A stretch of DNA of 56,096 nt from Flavobacterium sp. (GTDB taxonomy: Bacteria > Bacteroidota > Bacteroidia > Flavobacteriales > Flavobacteriaceae). Below, piece after piece: positions 1 through 7,784 of the stretch (position 1 is its first letter; every line of letters begins with the position of its first letter). Below the pieces are notes generated by a model. That model did no database searches, was not told where the DNA came from, and saw only the letters and a program-made list of their open reading frames with translations. The position numbers were made by a program, and so were the translations under genes. Location of the stretch: NCBI RefSeq assembly GCF_044368995.1, contig NZ_JBIPMS010000001.1, positions 1 to 56,096 on the forward strand. Direction: 5' to 3'.

Positions 1-2
1 CA

Positions 3-1379
3 GGTCCTCAAGGTTTAGCAGGTTCCAACGGAACAAACGGAATAAACGGTCTTAATGGCGCAGTTGGTCCTCAAGGTTTAGCCGGCACAAACGGCACAAA
101 CGGTCTTGATGGCGCAGTTGGTCCTCAAGGTCCAATAGGATTAACAGGTGCAACAGGTCCTCAAGGTTTAGCTGGAACAAACGGCACAAACGGTCTTAAT
201 GGCGCAGTTGGTCCTCAGGGATTACAAGGACCACAAGGTATAGCAGGGACAAATGGTCTTGACGGAGCAGTTGGTCCACAAGGGCCAATAGGATTAACAG
301 GAGCTACGGGGTCACAAGGTATTCCAGGAATTCAGGGAGTAGCTGGACCTACAGGTGCAACAGGTCTTCAAGGTTTAGCTGGCACAAATGGACTTAATGG
401 ACTTAATGGCGCAGTTGGTCCTCAAGGTTTAGCGGGCACAAACGGCACAAACGGTCTTGATGGCGCAGTTGGTCCTCAGGGGCCAATAGGATTAACAGGT
501 GCAACAGGTCCTCAAGGTTTAGCAGGTTCCAACGGAACAAACGGAATAAACGGTCTTAATGGCGCAGTTGGTCCTCAAGGTTTAGCCGGCACAAACGGCA
601 CAAACGGTCTTGATGGCGCAGTTGGTCCTCAGGGGCCAATAGGATTAACAGGTGCAACAGGTCCTCAAGGTTTAGCAGGTTCCAACGGAACAAACGGAAC
701 AAACGGAATAAACGGAATAAACGGTCTTAATGGCGCAGTTGGTCCTCAGGGGTTACAAGGCATTCAAGGTCTTGACGGTGCAGTTGGTCCACAAGGTATT
801 CAAGGTATTCAAGGTATAGCAGGAATTAACGGTGTCGATGGTGCAGTTGGACCTCAAGGAATACAAGGCGAAATGGGCCCTCAAGGAGATATTGGACAAC
901 AAGGTCCAGCAGGAATTGACGGAATTAACGGAATTAACGGTGTCGATGGTGCAGTTGGTCTTCAAGGGATACAAGGCGAAATGGGACCTCAGGGACCTCA
1001 AGGAGAAATGGGACCTCAGGGCCCAGCAGGAATTGACGGTGCAACTGGTGCTAATGGCGAAGTTGGCCCACAAGGAATACAAGGAGAAATGGGACCTCAG
1101 GGAATACAAGGAGAAATTGGACAACAAGGCCCAGCAGGAATTGACGGAATGAATGGTGTTAATGGTGCACAAGGCCCACAAGGAGAAATGGGACCTCAGG
1201 GACCTCAAGGAGATATTGGACAACAAGGCCCAGCAGGAATTGACGGAGCAACTGGTGCTAATGGCGAAGTTGGCCCACAAGGAATACAAGGAGAAATGGG
1301 ACCTCAGGGCCCAGCAGGAATTGACGGAACTAATGGCGCTGATGGCGCACAGGGACCTCAAGGACCAGCTGGAAGTGAC
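3..1379 (+). repeat. Collagen Gly-X-Y tract 1 (>=153 uninterrupted triplets) with nested DNA repeats
   Basis: Gly falls at every third codon from 3 to 1371. The block at 1-127 recurs at 505-631. Confidence 0.95.
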
Positions 1380-4300
1380 GCTACTGTTACCGTAGGCGCA
1401 ATAAGTTCTACTTCAAATTCAAATGGTGCTACTATAGCTGCAGGCGAATTAAAACTTGCACCAGCCGATGCTTCTTATGGAGGTATTGTTACCACGGCAG
1501 ACCAAACTTTTACGGGTAATAAAACCTTTAATTCTAATTTAAATGGAAACGGATTAATTACTGGATTTGGTTTTGAAGCATATAGAATTCAAAATTCAAG
1601 CGGTTACTTTTCAGGGTATAATACAGATGGATCTACAAATACAGGATACCTACAATTTAATAGTGGTAATGATGTTACTTTAAGAGCGGAACAAAATAAT
1701 GCTCTTAAATTAGGTGCTGCGGGTCAAAATACATTAACGCTTGGAGCAGATCAAAAAGCGACTTTAAATGGAGCAATGGATATTTATGGAAATGCAACTA
1801 TTTATGGAAATACAACTGTAGGCGGCAATACTACTACTAATGGCAACACTAGTTCAAATGGATTAATTACTGGATTTAGTTTTGAAGCATATAGAATTCA
1901 AAATTCAAGCGGTTACTTTTCAGGGTTTAATACAGACGGAACTACAAGAACAGGATACCTACAATTTAATAGTGGTAATGATGTTACTTTAAAAGCGGAA
2001 CAAAATAATGCTCTTAACTTAGGTGCTGCGGGTCAAAATACATTAACGCTTGGAGCAGATCAAAAAGCGACTTTAAATGGAGCAATGGATATTTATGGAA
2101 ATGCAACTATTTATGGCAATACAACTGTAAGCGGCAATACTACTACTAATGGCAACACTAGTTCAAATGGATTAATTACTGGATTTAGTTCTGAAGCATA
2201 TAGAATTCAAAATTCAAGCGGATGGTTTTCAGGGTATAATACAGATGGATCTACAAGAACAGGATACTTACAATTTAATAGTGGTAATGATATTACTTTA
2301 AGAGCGGAACAAAATAATGCTCTTAACTTAGGTGCTGCGGGTCAAAATACATTAACGCTTGGAGCAGATCAAAAAGCGACTTTAAATGGAGCAATGGATA
2401 TTAATGGAAACACAACTATTAATGGAAACACAACTTCTAACTCATTTATAAAACAAAACGGTCTTTCAACTCAATATTTAATGGCTGATGGTTCGGTATC
2501 TAATGGTGCGGCAATGGGACTTCAAGGGTTACAAGGCGAAATGGGAATTCCGGGAGCTCCAGGAGAAATTGGACCACAAGGCCCAGCTGGAATTGACGGA
2601 GCAACTGGTGCAGTTGGACCTCAAGGAGAAATGGGACCTCAAGGGATACAAGGAGAAATGGGACCTCAAGGAATACAAGGAGAAATGGGACCTCAAGGAG
2701 AAATTGGACAACAAGGCCCTGCAGGAGTTGACGGAATGAATGGTGTTGATGGACCTCAAGGGGTACAAGGCCCACAAGGAGAAATTGGACAACAAGGTCC
2801 AGCAGGAATTGACGGAGCAACTGGTGCAGTTGGACCTCAAGGAGAAATGGGACCTCAAGGAATACAAGGAGAAATGGGACCTCAAGGAATACAAGGAGAA
2901 ATTGGACCACAAGGCCCAGCAGGAGTTGACGGAATGAATGGTGTTGATGGACCTCAAGGGGTACAAGGCCCACAAGGAGAAATTGGACAACAAGGTCCAG
3001 CAGGAATTGACGGAGCAACTGGTGCTAATGGCGAAGTTGGACCTCAAGGAATACAAGGAGAAATTGGACCACAAGGCCCAGCAGGAATTGACGGAATGAA
3101 TGGTGTTGATGGACCTCAAGGGGTACAAGGCCCACAAGGAGAAATTGGCCCACAAGGTCCAGCAGGAATTGACGGAGCAACTGGTGCTGATGGTGCAGTT
3201 GGACCTCAAGGCGAAATGGGACCTCAAGGCGAAATGGGACCACAAGGCCCAGCTGGAATTGATGGAACAAATGGTGTCGATGGTGCACAAGGACCACAAG
3301 GCCCAACGGCAGATCTTACAGGGTATGCAACTACATCTGATCTGAACATGTTGCAGTCTGATGTAATGTATAATCAGTCTCAGATATCAATGTTGCAGAA
3401 TGATGTATGGAACAACCAAATGATGTGGAATAATTATTATCAATCAGATATATCTATATTGCAGAGTGATGTATCGATGTTACAGTCTCAAATATCAATG
3501 TTGCAGTATGACATATGGAACAACCAAATGATGTGGAATAGTTATTATCAATCAGATATATATATGTTGCAGAGTGATGTATCGATGTTACAGAATCAGA
3601 TATCAACGTTGCAGTCGAATGTTTCTTCGAAAGAAGATGCGGCAAACAAATCTATTGATGTAACTTTGTCTGACACTACAAATGTTAAGTTTCCAACGGA
3701 ATTAGCAGTAAAAACCTATGTGGATGCTCAAATTGCTTCAGGGACTGTTACTGTAGGCGCAATAAATTCTTCTTCAAATTCATTTGGTGCTTCTATTACC
3801 GAAGGCGAGTTAAATCTTGCTCCAGCTGATGCAACTTATGGTGGTATTGTTACCATAGAAGACCAAACTTTTGCAGGAAATAAATCGTTTGTTTCGGATA
3901 TTACTGTAAACGGAATCAAAGTAGGAGCTGGAGGAACTGATTCATCAGCTTACGAAAATGTTGCTGTTGGAATTAGCTCACTAACGGCAAATACTTCCGG
4001 AAATCGTAATTCTGCTTTTGGACAAGAATCACTGTCTTTAAATACAATAGGAAACGAAAACACAGCTTATGGAGCGTATTCCTTACAATATAACACTTTG
4101 GGTTCTGAAAATAACGCCCTAGGAAAGTCGGCATTAGCAAATAATAGTTTGGGTAGTTATAATACATCAATCGGTGCTAATGCCCTTTATTTAAACACCT
4201 TAGGAAATAAAAATACTGCTATTGGTAATTATGCTTTATTTTCTAATGAAGTAGGTAATAATAACGTAGCAATTGGAAACGACTCAGGATTTGGTAATAC

Positions 4301-4814
4301 AGGTTATAATAATACATTTTTAGGAAACAATTCCAATTCTAATGGATTAATTTCAAATGCAACTGCCATTGGTTATCAAGCAATTGTTGTTGCGGATAAC
4401 ACCATTCAATTAGGAAATACAGATGTTACGGATGTTAAAACTAGTGGATCAGTAACGGCTAAATCCATAATTTCTTCTGGTAGAATGGTAATGAGTACAG
4501 CAACTATTGAATACTCTGAATTGAATAATTATGATGTTTCTAATGTTTCCATTCTTTTTGTAAGACCAGATTCAAGTTGGACAAGTATTTATGGTTTATC
4601 AGGGGGTGTTTTGGGTCAAGTTATTCATATTTATTCAGTTAATGATCAAACATTAAACTGTTGTACTGGTTTGTCGCTACATAATTTTAATAGCTCGAAT
4701 ACAGGCATACAAAAATTTGTGGCTCCAGGAGATATTAATATTGATTCGAATAAAAATACTACTTTGGTTTTTGACGGAACTTACTGGAGAGTTTCTAAAT
4801 TTGGGGGAATGTAA
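3..4814 (+). CDS. Giant collagen-like / tail-fibre-like surface protein, 5'-truncated (>=1603 aa visible)
   Basis: The frame of ORF 873..4814 is open from position 3 (GPQGLAGSNGTNGINGLN...) with no stop, so the true start lies upstream of the window. It contains Gly-X-Y tracts at 3-1379 and 2517-3308, 3x103-aa repeats, a heptad segment, N-x-A-x-G beta-roll-like repeats and a C-terminal globular domain. Confidence 0.9.
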   Translation, partial: GPQGLAGSNGTNGINGLNGAVGPQGLAGTNGTNGLDGAVGPQGPIGLTGATGPQGLAGTNGTNGLNGAVGPQGLQGPQGIAGTNGLDGAVGPQGPIGLTGATGSQGIPGIQGVAGPTGATGLQGLAGTNGLNGLNGAVGPQGLAGTNGTNGLDGAVGPQGPIGLTGATGPQGLAGSNGTNGINGLNGAVGPQGLAGTNGTNGLDGAVGPQGPIGLTGATGPQGLAGSNGTNGTNGINGINGLNGAVGPQGLQGIQGLDGAVGPQGIQGIQGIAGINGVDGAVGPQGIQGEMGPQGDIGQQGPAGIDGINGINGVDGAVGLQGIQGEMGPQGPQGEMGPQGPAGIDGATGANGEVGPQGIQGEMGPQGIQGEIGQQGPAGIDGMNGVNGAQGPQGEMGPQGPQGDIGQQGPAGIDGATGANGEVGPQGIQGEMGPQGPAGIDGTNGADGAQGPQGPAGSDATVTVGAISSTSNSNGATIAAGELKLAPADASYGGIVTTADQTFTGNKTFNSNLNGNGLITGFGFEAYRIQNSSGYFSGYNTDGSTNTGYLQFNSGNDVTLRAEQNNALKLGAAGQNTLTLGADQKATLNGAMDIYGNATIYGNTTVGGNTTTNGNTSSNGLITGFSFEAYRIQNSSGYFSGFNTDGTTRTGYLQFNSGNDVTLKAEQNNALNLGAAGQNTLTLGADQKATLNGAMDIYGNATIYGNTTVSGNTTTNGNTSSNGLITGFSSEAYRIQNSSGWFSGYNTDGSTRTGYLQFNSGNDITLRAEQNNALNLGAAGQNTLTLGADQKATLNGAMDINGNTTINGNTTSNSFIKQNGLSTQYLMADGSVSNGAAMGLQGLQGEMGIPGAPGEIGPQGPAGIDGATGAVGPQGEMGPQGIQGEMGPQGIQGEMGPQGEIGQQGPAGVDGMNGVDGPQGVQGPQGEIGQQGPAGIDGATGAVGPQGEMGPQGIQGEMGPQGIQGEIGPQGPAGVDGMNGVDGPQGVQGPQGEIGQQGPAGIDGATGANGEVGPQGIQGEIGPQGPAGIDGMNGVDGPQGVQGPQGEIGPQGPAGIDGATGADGAVGPQGEMGPQGEMGPQGPAGIDGTNGVDGAQGPQGPTADLTGYATTSDLNMLQSDVMYNQSQISMLQNDVWNNQMMWNNYYQSDISILQSDVSMLQSQISMLQYDIWNNQMMWNSYYQSDIYMLQSDVSMLQNQISTLQSNVSSKEDAANKSIDVTLSDTTNVKFPTELAVKTYVDAQIASGTVTVGAINSSSNSFGASITEGELNLAPADATYGGIVTIEDQTFAGNKSFVSDITVNGIKVGAGGTDSSAYENVAVGISSLTANTSGNRNSAFGQESLSLNTIGNENTAYGAYSLQYNTLGSENNALGKSALANNSLGSYNTSIGANALYLNTLGNKNTAIGNYALFSNEVGNNNVAIGNDSGFGNTGYNNTFLGNNSNSNGLISNATAIGYQAIVVADNTIQLGNTDVTDVKTSGSVTAKSIISSGRMVMSTATIEYSELNNYDVSNVSILFVRPDSSWTSIYGLSGGVLGQVIHIYSVNDQTLNCCTGLSLHNFNSSNTGIQKFVAPGDINIDSNKNTTLVFDGTYWRVSKFGGM
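1551..2402 (+). repeat. Three tandem 309-bp (103-aa) repeats, third one partial
   Basis: GGATTAATTACTGGATTT starts at 1551, 1860 and 2169. The unit reads GLITGF.FEAYRIQNSSGYFSGYNTDG...GYLQFNSGNDVTL.AEQNNAL.LGAAGQNTLTLGADQKATLNGAMDI. Confidence 0.95.
2517..3308 (+). repeat. Collagen Gly-X-Y tract 2 (88 triplets)
   Basis: Continuous GXY (GEM/GEI/GPQ/GID/GPA) from 2517 to 3308, with near-identical DNA blocks starting at 2721, 2919 and 3081. Confidence 0.95.
3375..3615 (+). repeat. 108-bp (36-aa) tandem repeat in coiled-coil-like stalk
   Basis: ATGGAACAACCAAATGATGTGGAATA occurs at 3407 and 3515. LQSDVSM/LQSQISM heptads surround WNNQMMWN.YYQ. Confidence 0.85.
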
Positions 4815-4870
4815 TTTCTTTTTTAAGAATAGTATTTTAGTTCAAATTGAAATATTTTTTTAATCATTAT

Positions 4871-4900
4871 AAAAAGGTTCAACTTTAGTTGAACCTTTTT
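4871..4900 (+). terminator. Intrinsic terminator after collagen-like gene
   Basis: AAAAAGGTTCAAC-TTTA-GTTGAACCTTTTT, a perfect hairpin with T tail. Confidence 0.85.
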
Positions 4901-5081
4901 ATATACAATTTATGATTTTTAACTTATTAATTTCAGAACAACCAAAAAAACCAGTAGCTAAAATAAGTTAATTTCTAGAATTAGAAGCTTTAGTAAAGCA
5001 AATAAAACACTCAATATATTAAGTGTTTTATAAAAAAAGGGAATATTATTTAATTAGTTGGTTTTTAATCAGTTATATTTA

Positions 5082-5089
5082 TATATTTG
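5082..5089 (+). promoter_or_regulatory. Bacteroidetes -7 promoter element
   Basis: TATATTTG matches TAnnTTTG, about 30 nt before ATG 5120. Confidence 0.6.
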
Positions 5090-5119
5090 ACTTTCTTTAT
5101 TAATTTAAATCTTAAAAAA

Positions 5120-5638
5120 ATGAAAAAAACAATTTCCCTTATAGCTTTAGTTGGGTTGCTAGTTATCTCTTGTAAAAAAGAAGGAACGGCTTCAACTGTA
5201 GAAGGTAAAAATCCAGATCAAATTGGTGTAACGGTTAGTAAATCAGCCAATATTGAAATGGTAAAAAAATTGACTGCTATGGCTGAAAATTCTGACTTCC
5301 CAAATTTTAAAGCCAACTTCGCACCAAAAGCCGTTATTCATGATAATATGAATGATATAAGTATTGACGAAAACATTAAAATGTTAGAAGATATTAAAGC
5401 AAATGGGATGACAATTTCATTAAGTAAAAAACCGCTTATTTGGGAAATTATTAATGATAAAGCAAATGAAAAAACAGGTGTTAAAAATTACGTGTTTACC
5501 TATTATGACGCTACTTTTTCAAGAGGAGGAAAATCAGTTGTAATCAATTACAATATGATTTTCGCTATCAAAGACGGAAAAGTTGTTGAAGAATGGGACA
5601 TCTATGATTCTGCACCAATTTTGAACTTATTAAAATAA
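5120..5638 (+). CDS. SnoaL/NTF2-like lipoprotein
   Basis: Start moved to ATG 5120 (MKKTISL...LLVISC lipobox). C-terminal 'FAIKDGKVVEEWDIYD' is typical of the NTF2/SnoaL fold. Confidence 0.7.
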   Translation: MKKTISLIALVGLLVISCKKEGTASTVEGKNPDQIGVTVSKSANIEMVKKLTAMAENSDFPNFKANFAPKAVIHDNMNDISIDENIKMLEDIKANGMTISLSKKPLIWEIINDKANEKTGVKNYVFTYYDATFSRGGKSVVINYNMIFAIKDGKVVEEWDIYDSAPILNLLK

Positions 5639-5666
5639 TTATCCAAAATTTTAATCATTCTATATT

Positions 5667-6152
5667 ATGAAAAAATCTATTGTAGTTATTGCATTAACAA
5701 GCTTACTGTGTGTAAGTTGTAAAAATGAAAGTGCCGAAAGAGAGAAAGTAGCTCAAGCCAACATCGATTCCTATTCTAAAACATGGGAATTAGTTGTAAA
5801 TGAAGGTAAAGTAAATGTATTAGACACTGCTTACGCACCAGAAATTGTATTACATACAGTACCAGAAATTAAAGGAATAGCAGGCGCAAAAGCTTATTAT
5901 GCTAATTTTGTAACTGGATTCTCAAACAGAAAATTTATTGTGAAAGAGATGTATGCTAGTGGTGACAAAGTAACAAAATACTGGCAATTTAAAGGAACGC
6001 ACACAGGTAATTTTATGGGAATTCCTGCAACTGGAAAAACAGTAGACATTGAAGGTTGTACCATTGCAAAAATGGTAAACGGAAAAATTGTTGAAGAAAG
6101 AGATTTTATGGACAACATGAGTTTCTTAACACAACTAGGGGTGCTTAAATAA
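5667..6152 (+). CDS. Ester cyclase / SnoaL-like lipoprotein
   Basis: Lipobox CVSC and motif 'GTHTGNFMGIPATGK.V...G....GKIVEERDFMD'. Confidence 0.85.
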   Translation: MKKSIVVIALTSLLCVSCKNESAEREKVAQANIDSYSKTWELVVNEGKVNVLDTAYAPEIVLHTVPEIKGIAGAKAYYANFVTGFSNRKFIVKEMYASGDKVTKYWQFKGTHTGNFMGIPATGKTVDIEGCTIAKMVNGKIVEERDFMDNMSFLTQLGVLK

Positions 6153-6164
6153 AAACAAATTCAC

Positions 6165-6194
6165 AAAAAATCCCGAGATTATCGGGATTTTTTT
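6165..6194. terminator. Bidirectional terminator between convergent genes
   Basis: AAAAAATCCCGA-GATTA-TCGGGATTTTTTT. Confidence 0.85.
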
Positions 6195-6195
6195 G

Positions 6196-7215
6196 TTATA
6201 AGCTAGACTTAAATTGTTCTAAGAAACGAACATCGTTTTCATAAAACATTCTAATATCACCAATTTGGTATAATAACATGGCAATTCTTTCAATTCCCAT
6301 TCCAAAAGCGTATCCGGTATATTCGTTTGAGTCAATACCACAGTTTTTCAACACATTTGGGTCTACCATTCCGCAACCCATAATTTCTAACCAGCCTGTT
6401 CCTTTTGTAATTCGGTAATCAGTTTCGGTTTTCAATCCCCAATAAATATCTACTTCCGCACTGGGTTCTGTAAATGGAAAATAAGACGGACGCAATCTGA
6501 TTTTAGATTTTCCGAACATTTCTTTAGTAAAATATAAAAGCGTTTGTTTTAAATCGGCAAACGACACATTTTTATCAATATACAACCCTTCTACTTGGTG
6601 GAAAATACAATGCGAACGAGACGAAATAGCTTCGTTACGGAAAACCCTTCCAGGAGAAATGGTTCTAATAGGCGGTTGGTTGTTTTCCATATATCTCACT
6701 TGCACAGATGAGGTATGTGTTCGCAATAAAACATCTGGATTGGTTTGTATAAAAAACGTATCCTGCATGTCACGAGCGGGATGGTATTCCGGTAAATTTA
6801 ATGCGGTGAAATTATGCCAATCATCTTCAATTTCTGGCCCTTCAGAAACGTTAAACCCAATGGTTGAAAAAACATCTAAAATTTGATTTTTAACTAGAGA
6901 AATAGGGTGACGAGAACCAATATGAATTGGACTTCCAGGGCGAGACAAATCTCCAAATAGGCTTATAGTTTCCGTTTTATTTTCAAGAAGTTCCTGAATG
7001 GTTTTTACTTTTTCTTCTGCCGTGTTTTTTAACTCGTTTATTACCTGACCAAATTCTTTCTTTTGTTCGTTAGGAACGTTTTTAAATTCGGCAAAAAAAT
7101 CTTTCAATAAACCTTTACTTCCTAAGTATTTAATACGAAATTCTTCTAAAGTACTTTTGTCTTCAGTTTGGAAAGCTTTAGCTTCTTCAATATGTTGTTT
7201 TATCTTGTGTATCAT
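6196..7215 (-). CDS. pheS: Phenylalanine--tRNA ligase alpha subunit
   Basis: Motifs HPARDMQDTF, LLRTHTS, FHQVEGL, YFPFTEPS, GYAFGMGIERIAML. Confidence 0.98.
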   Translation of the reverse strand: MIHKIKQHIEEAKAFQTEDKSTLEEFRIKYLGSKGLLKDFFAEFKNVPNEQKKEFGQVINELKNTAEEKVKTIQELLENKTETISLFGDLSRPGSPIHIGSRHPISLVKNQILDVFSTIGFNVSEGPEIEDDWHNFTALNLPEYHPARDMQDTFFIQTNPDVLLRTHTSSVQVRYMENNQPPIRTISPGRVFRNEAISSRSHCIFHQVEGLYIDKNVSFADLKQTLLYFTKEMFGKSKIRLRPSYFPFTEPSAEVDIYWGLKTETDYRITKGTGWLEIMGCGMVDPNVLKNCGIDSNEYTGYAFGMGIERIAMLLYQIGDIRMFYENDVRFLEQFKSSL

Positions 7216-7270
7216 TATAAAAAGGTAATAGTCTGTAAATTTATGTATTTTTTAGCGATTAGTCTATAAA

Positions 7271-7357
7271 AAAGTAATTAGTGAAAAGTAAAAAGTGATT
7301 AGCAAGTTTAATTTAAAGGTTTTCACTATTGACTTTTTACTTACCACTAGTTACTCA
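7271..7357. repeat. Inverted 7-bp-period array (hairpin)
   Basis: Left arm AAAGTAA TTAGTGA AAAGTAA AAAGTGA TTAGCAA (7271-7305). Right arm TCACTAT TGACTTT TTACTTA CCACTAG TTACTCA (7323-7357) is an approximate reverse complement. Confidence 0.75.
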
Positions 7358-7707
7358 ATAATCTCTTTTTCTAAAAAATAATTCACGATGGCTTCTTTCA
7401 TTAAAACCGATTGCTCTCCTGCTTTTAGTGGTGGAAGTTCTTTTACAACTTTATAATGTGGCCAGCCATCTTTATCAAAAAATTCAAATTCGTAATATCC
7501 GTAAGGTTCTAATAGTTTACAAATGGCAATGTGCATCAGGTTTACTTTTTCGTCTTTTTTAAATTCCATATTTATTTTCCCTAATTCTTGCACGCCAATT
7601 AAATAAATAATGGCATCTAAATCCAACACTTCACCATCGGCAAATTTTTCAGATAAAAAAGCCACTACTTTTTCCCAGCGTTCTTTTAATTGTATATCTC
7701 TAGACAT
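7351..7707 (-). CDS. Conserved-looking hypothetical protein (118 aa)
   Basis: Clean ORF with ATG, a TATCTTTG promoter on the minus strand at 7725-7732, and a 'IYLIGVQELG...DGWPHY' core. Function not recognised. Confidence 0.75.
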   Translation of the reverse strand: MSRDIQLKERWEKVVAFLSEKFADGEVLDLDAIIYLIGVQELGKINMEFKKDEKVNLMHIAICKLLEPYGYYEFEFFDKDGWPHYKVVKELPPLKAGEQSVLMKEAIVNYFLEKEIIE

Positions 7708-7784
7708 TTATATTTTGTTTTTTACAAAGATAGTATTTGAGGTTTGCATTTTGTAGTTTTGTTTTTATAAAATATATATAATTT

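Noticed and set aside
873-875. ATG 873 as start of the collagen-like protein
   Set aside because: It is an internal GEM triplet. The frame is open and in GXY register from position 3.
1551-3615. 309-bp and 108-bp repeats as a CRISPR array or DGR template/variable repeats
   Set aside because: They are in-frame coding repeats without unique spacers. Differences are not adenine-specific, and no cas or reverse transcriptase gene is in the window.
753-3645. Alternative-frame and antisense ORFs over the collagen gene (753-1361, 832-1152, 1153-1395, 2488-2739, 2500-3018, 2529-3299, 2740-2937, 3025-3306, 3100-3345, 3454-3645)
   Set aside because: These are shadows of the repetitive Gly-X-Y and heptad coding frame, with no independent start signals.
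4920-5030. Short inverted repeats after the collagen terminator (TAACTTATT/AATAAGTTA and AAACACT/AGTGTTT)
   Set aside because: They are too short and AT-rich to exceed chance.
7216-7350. Phe-sensing attenuator or T-box before pheS
   Set aside because: No Phe-rich leader ORF or T-box motif is visible. The structure is explained by the 7-mer array.
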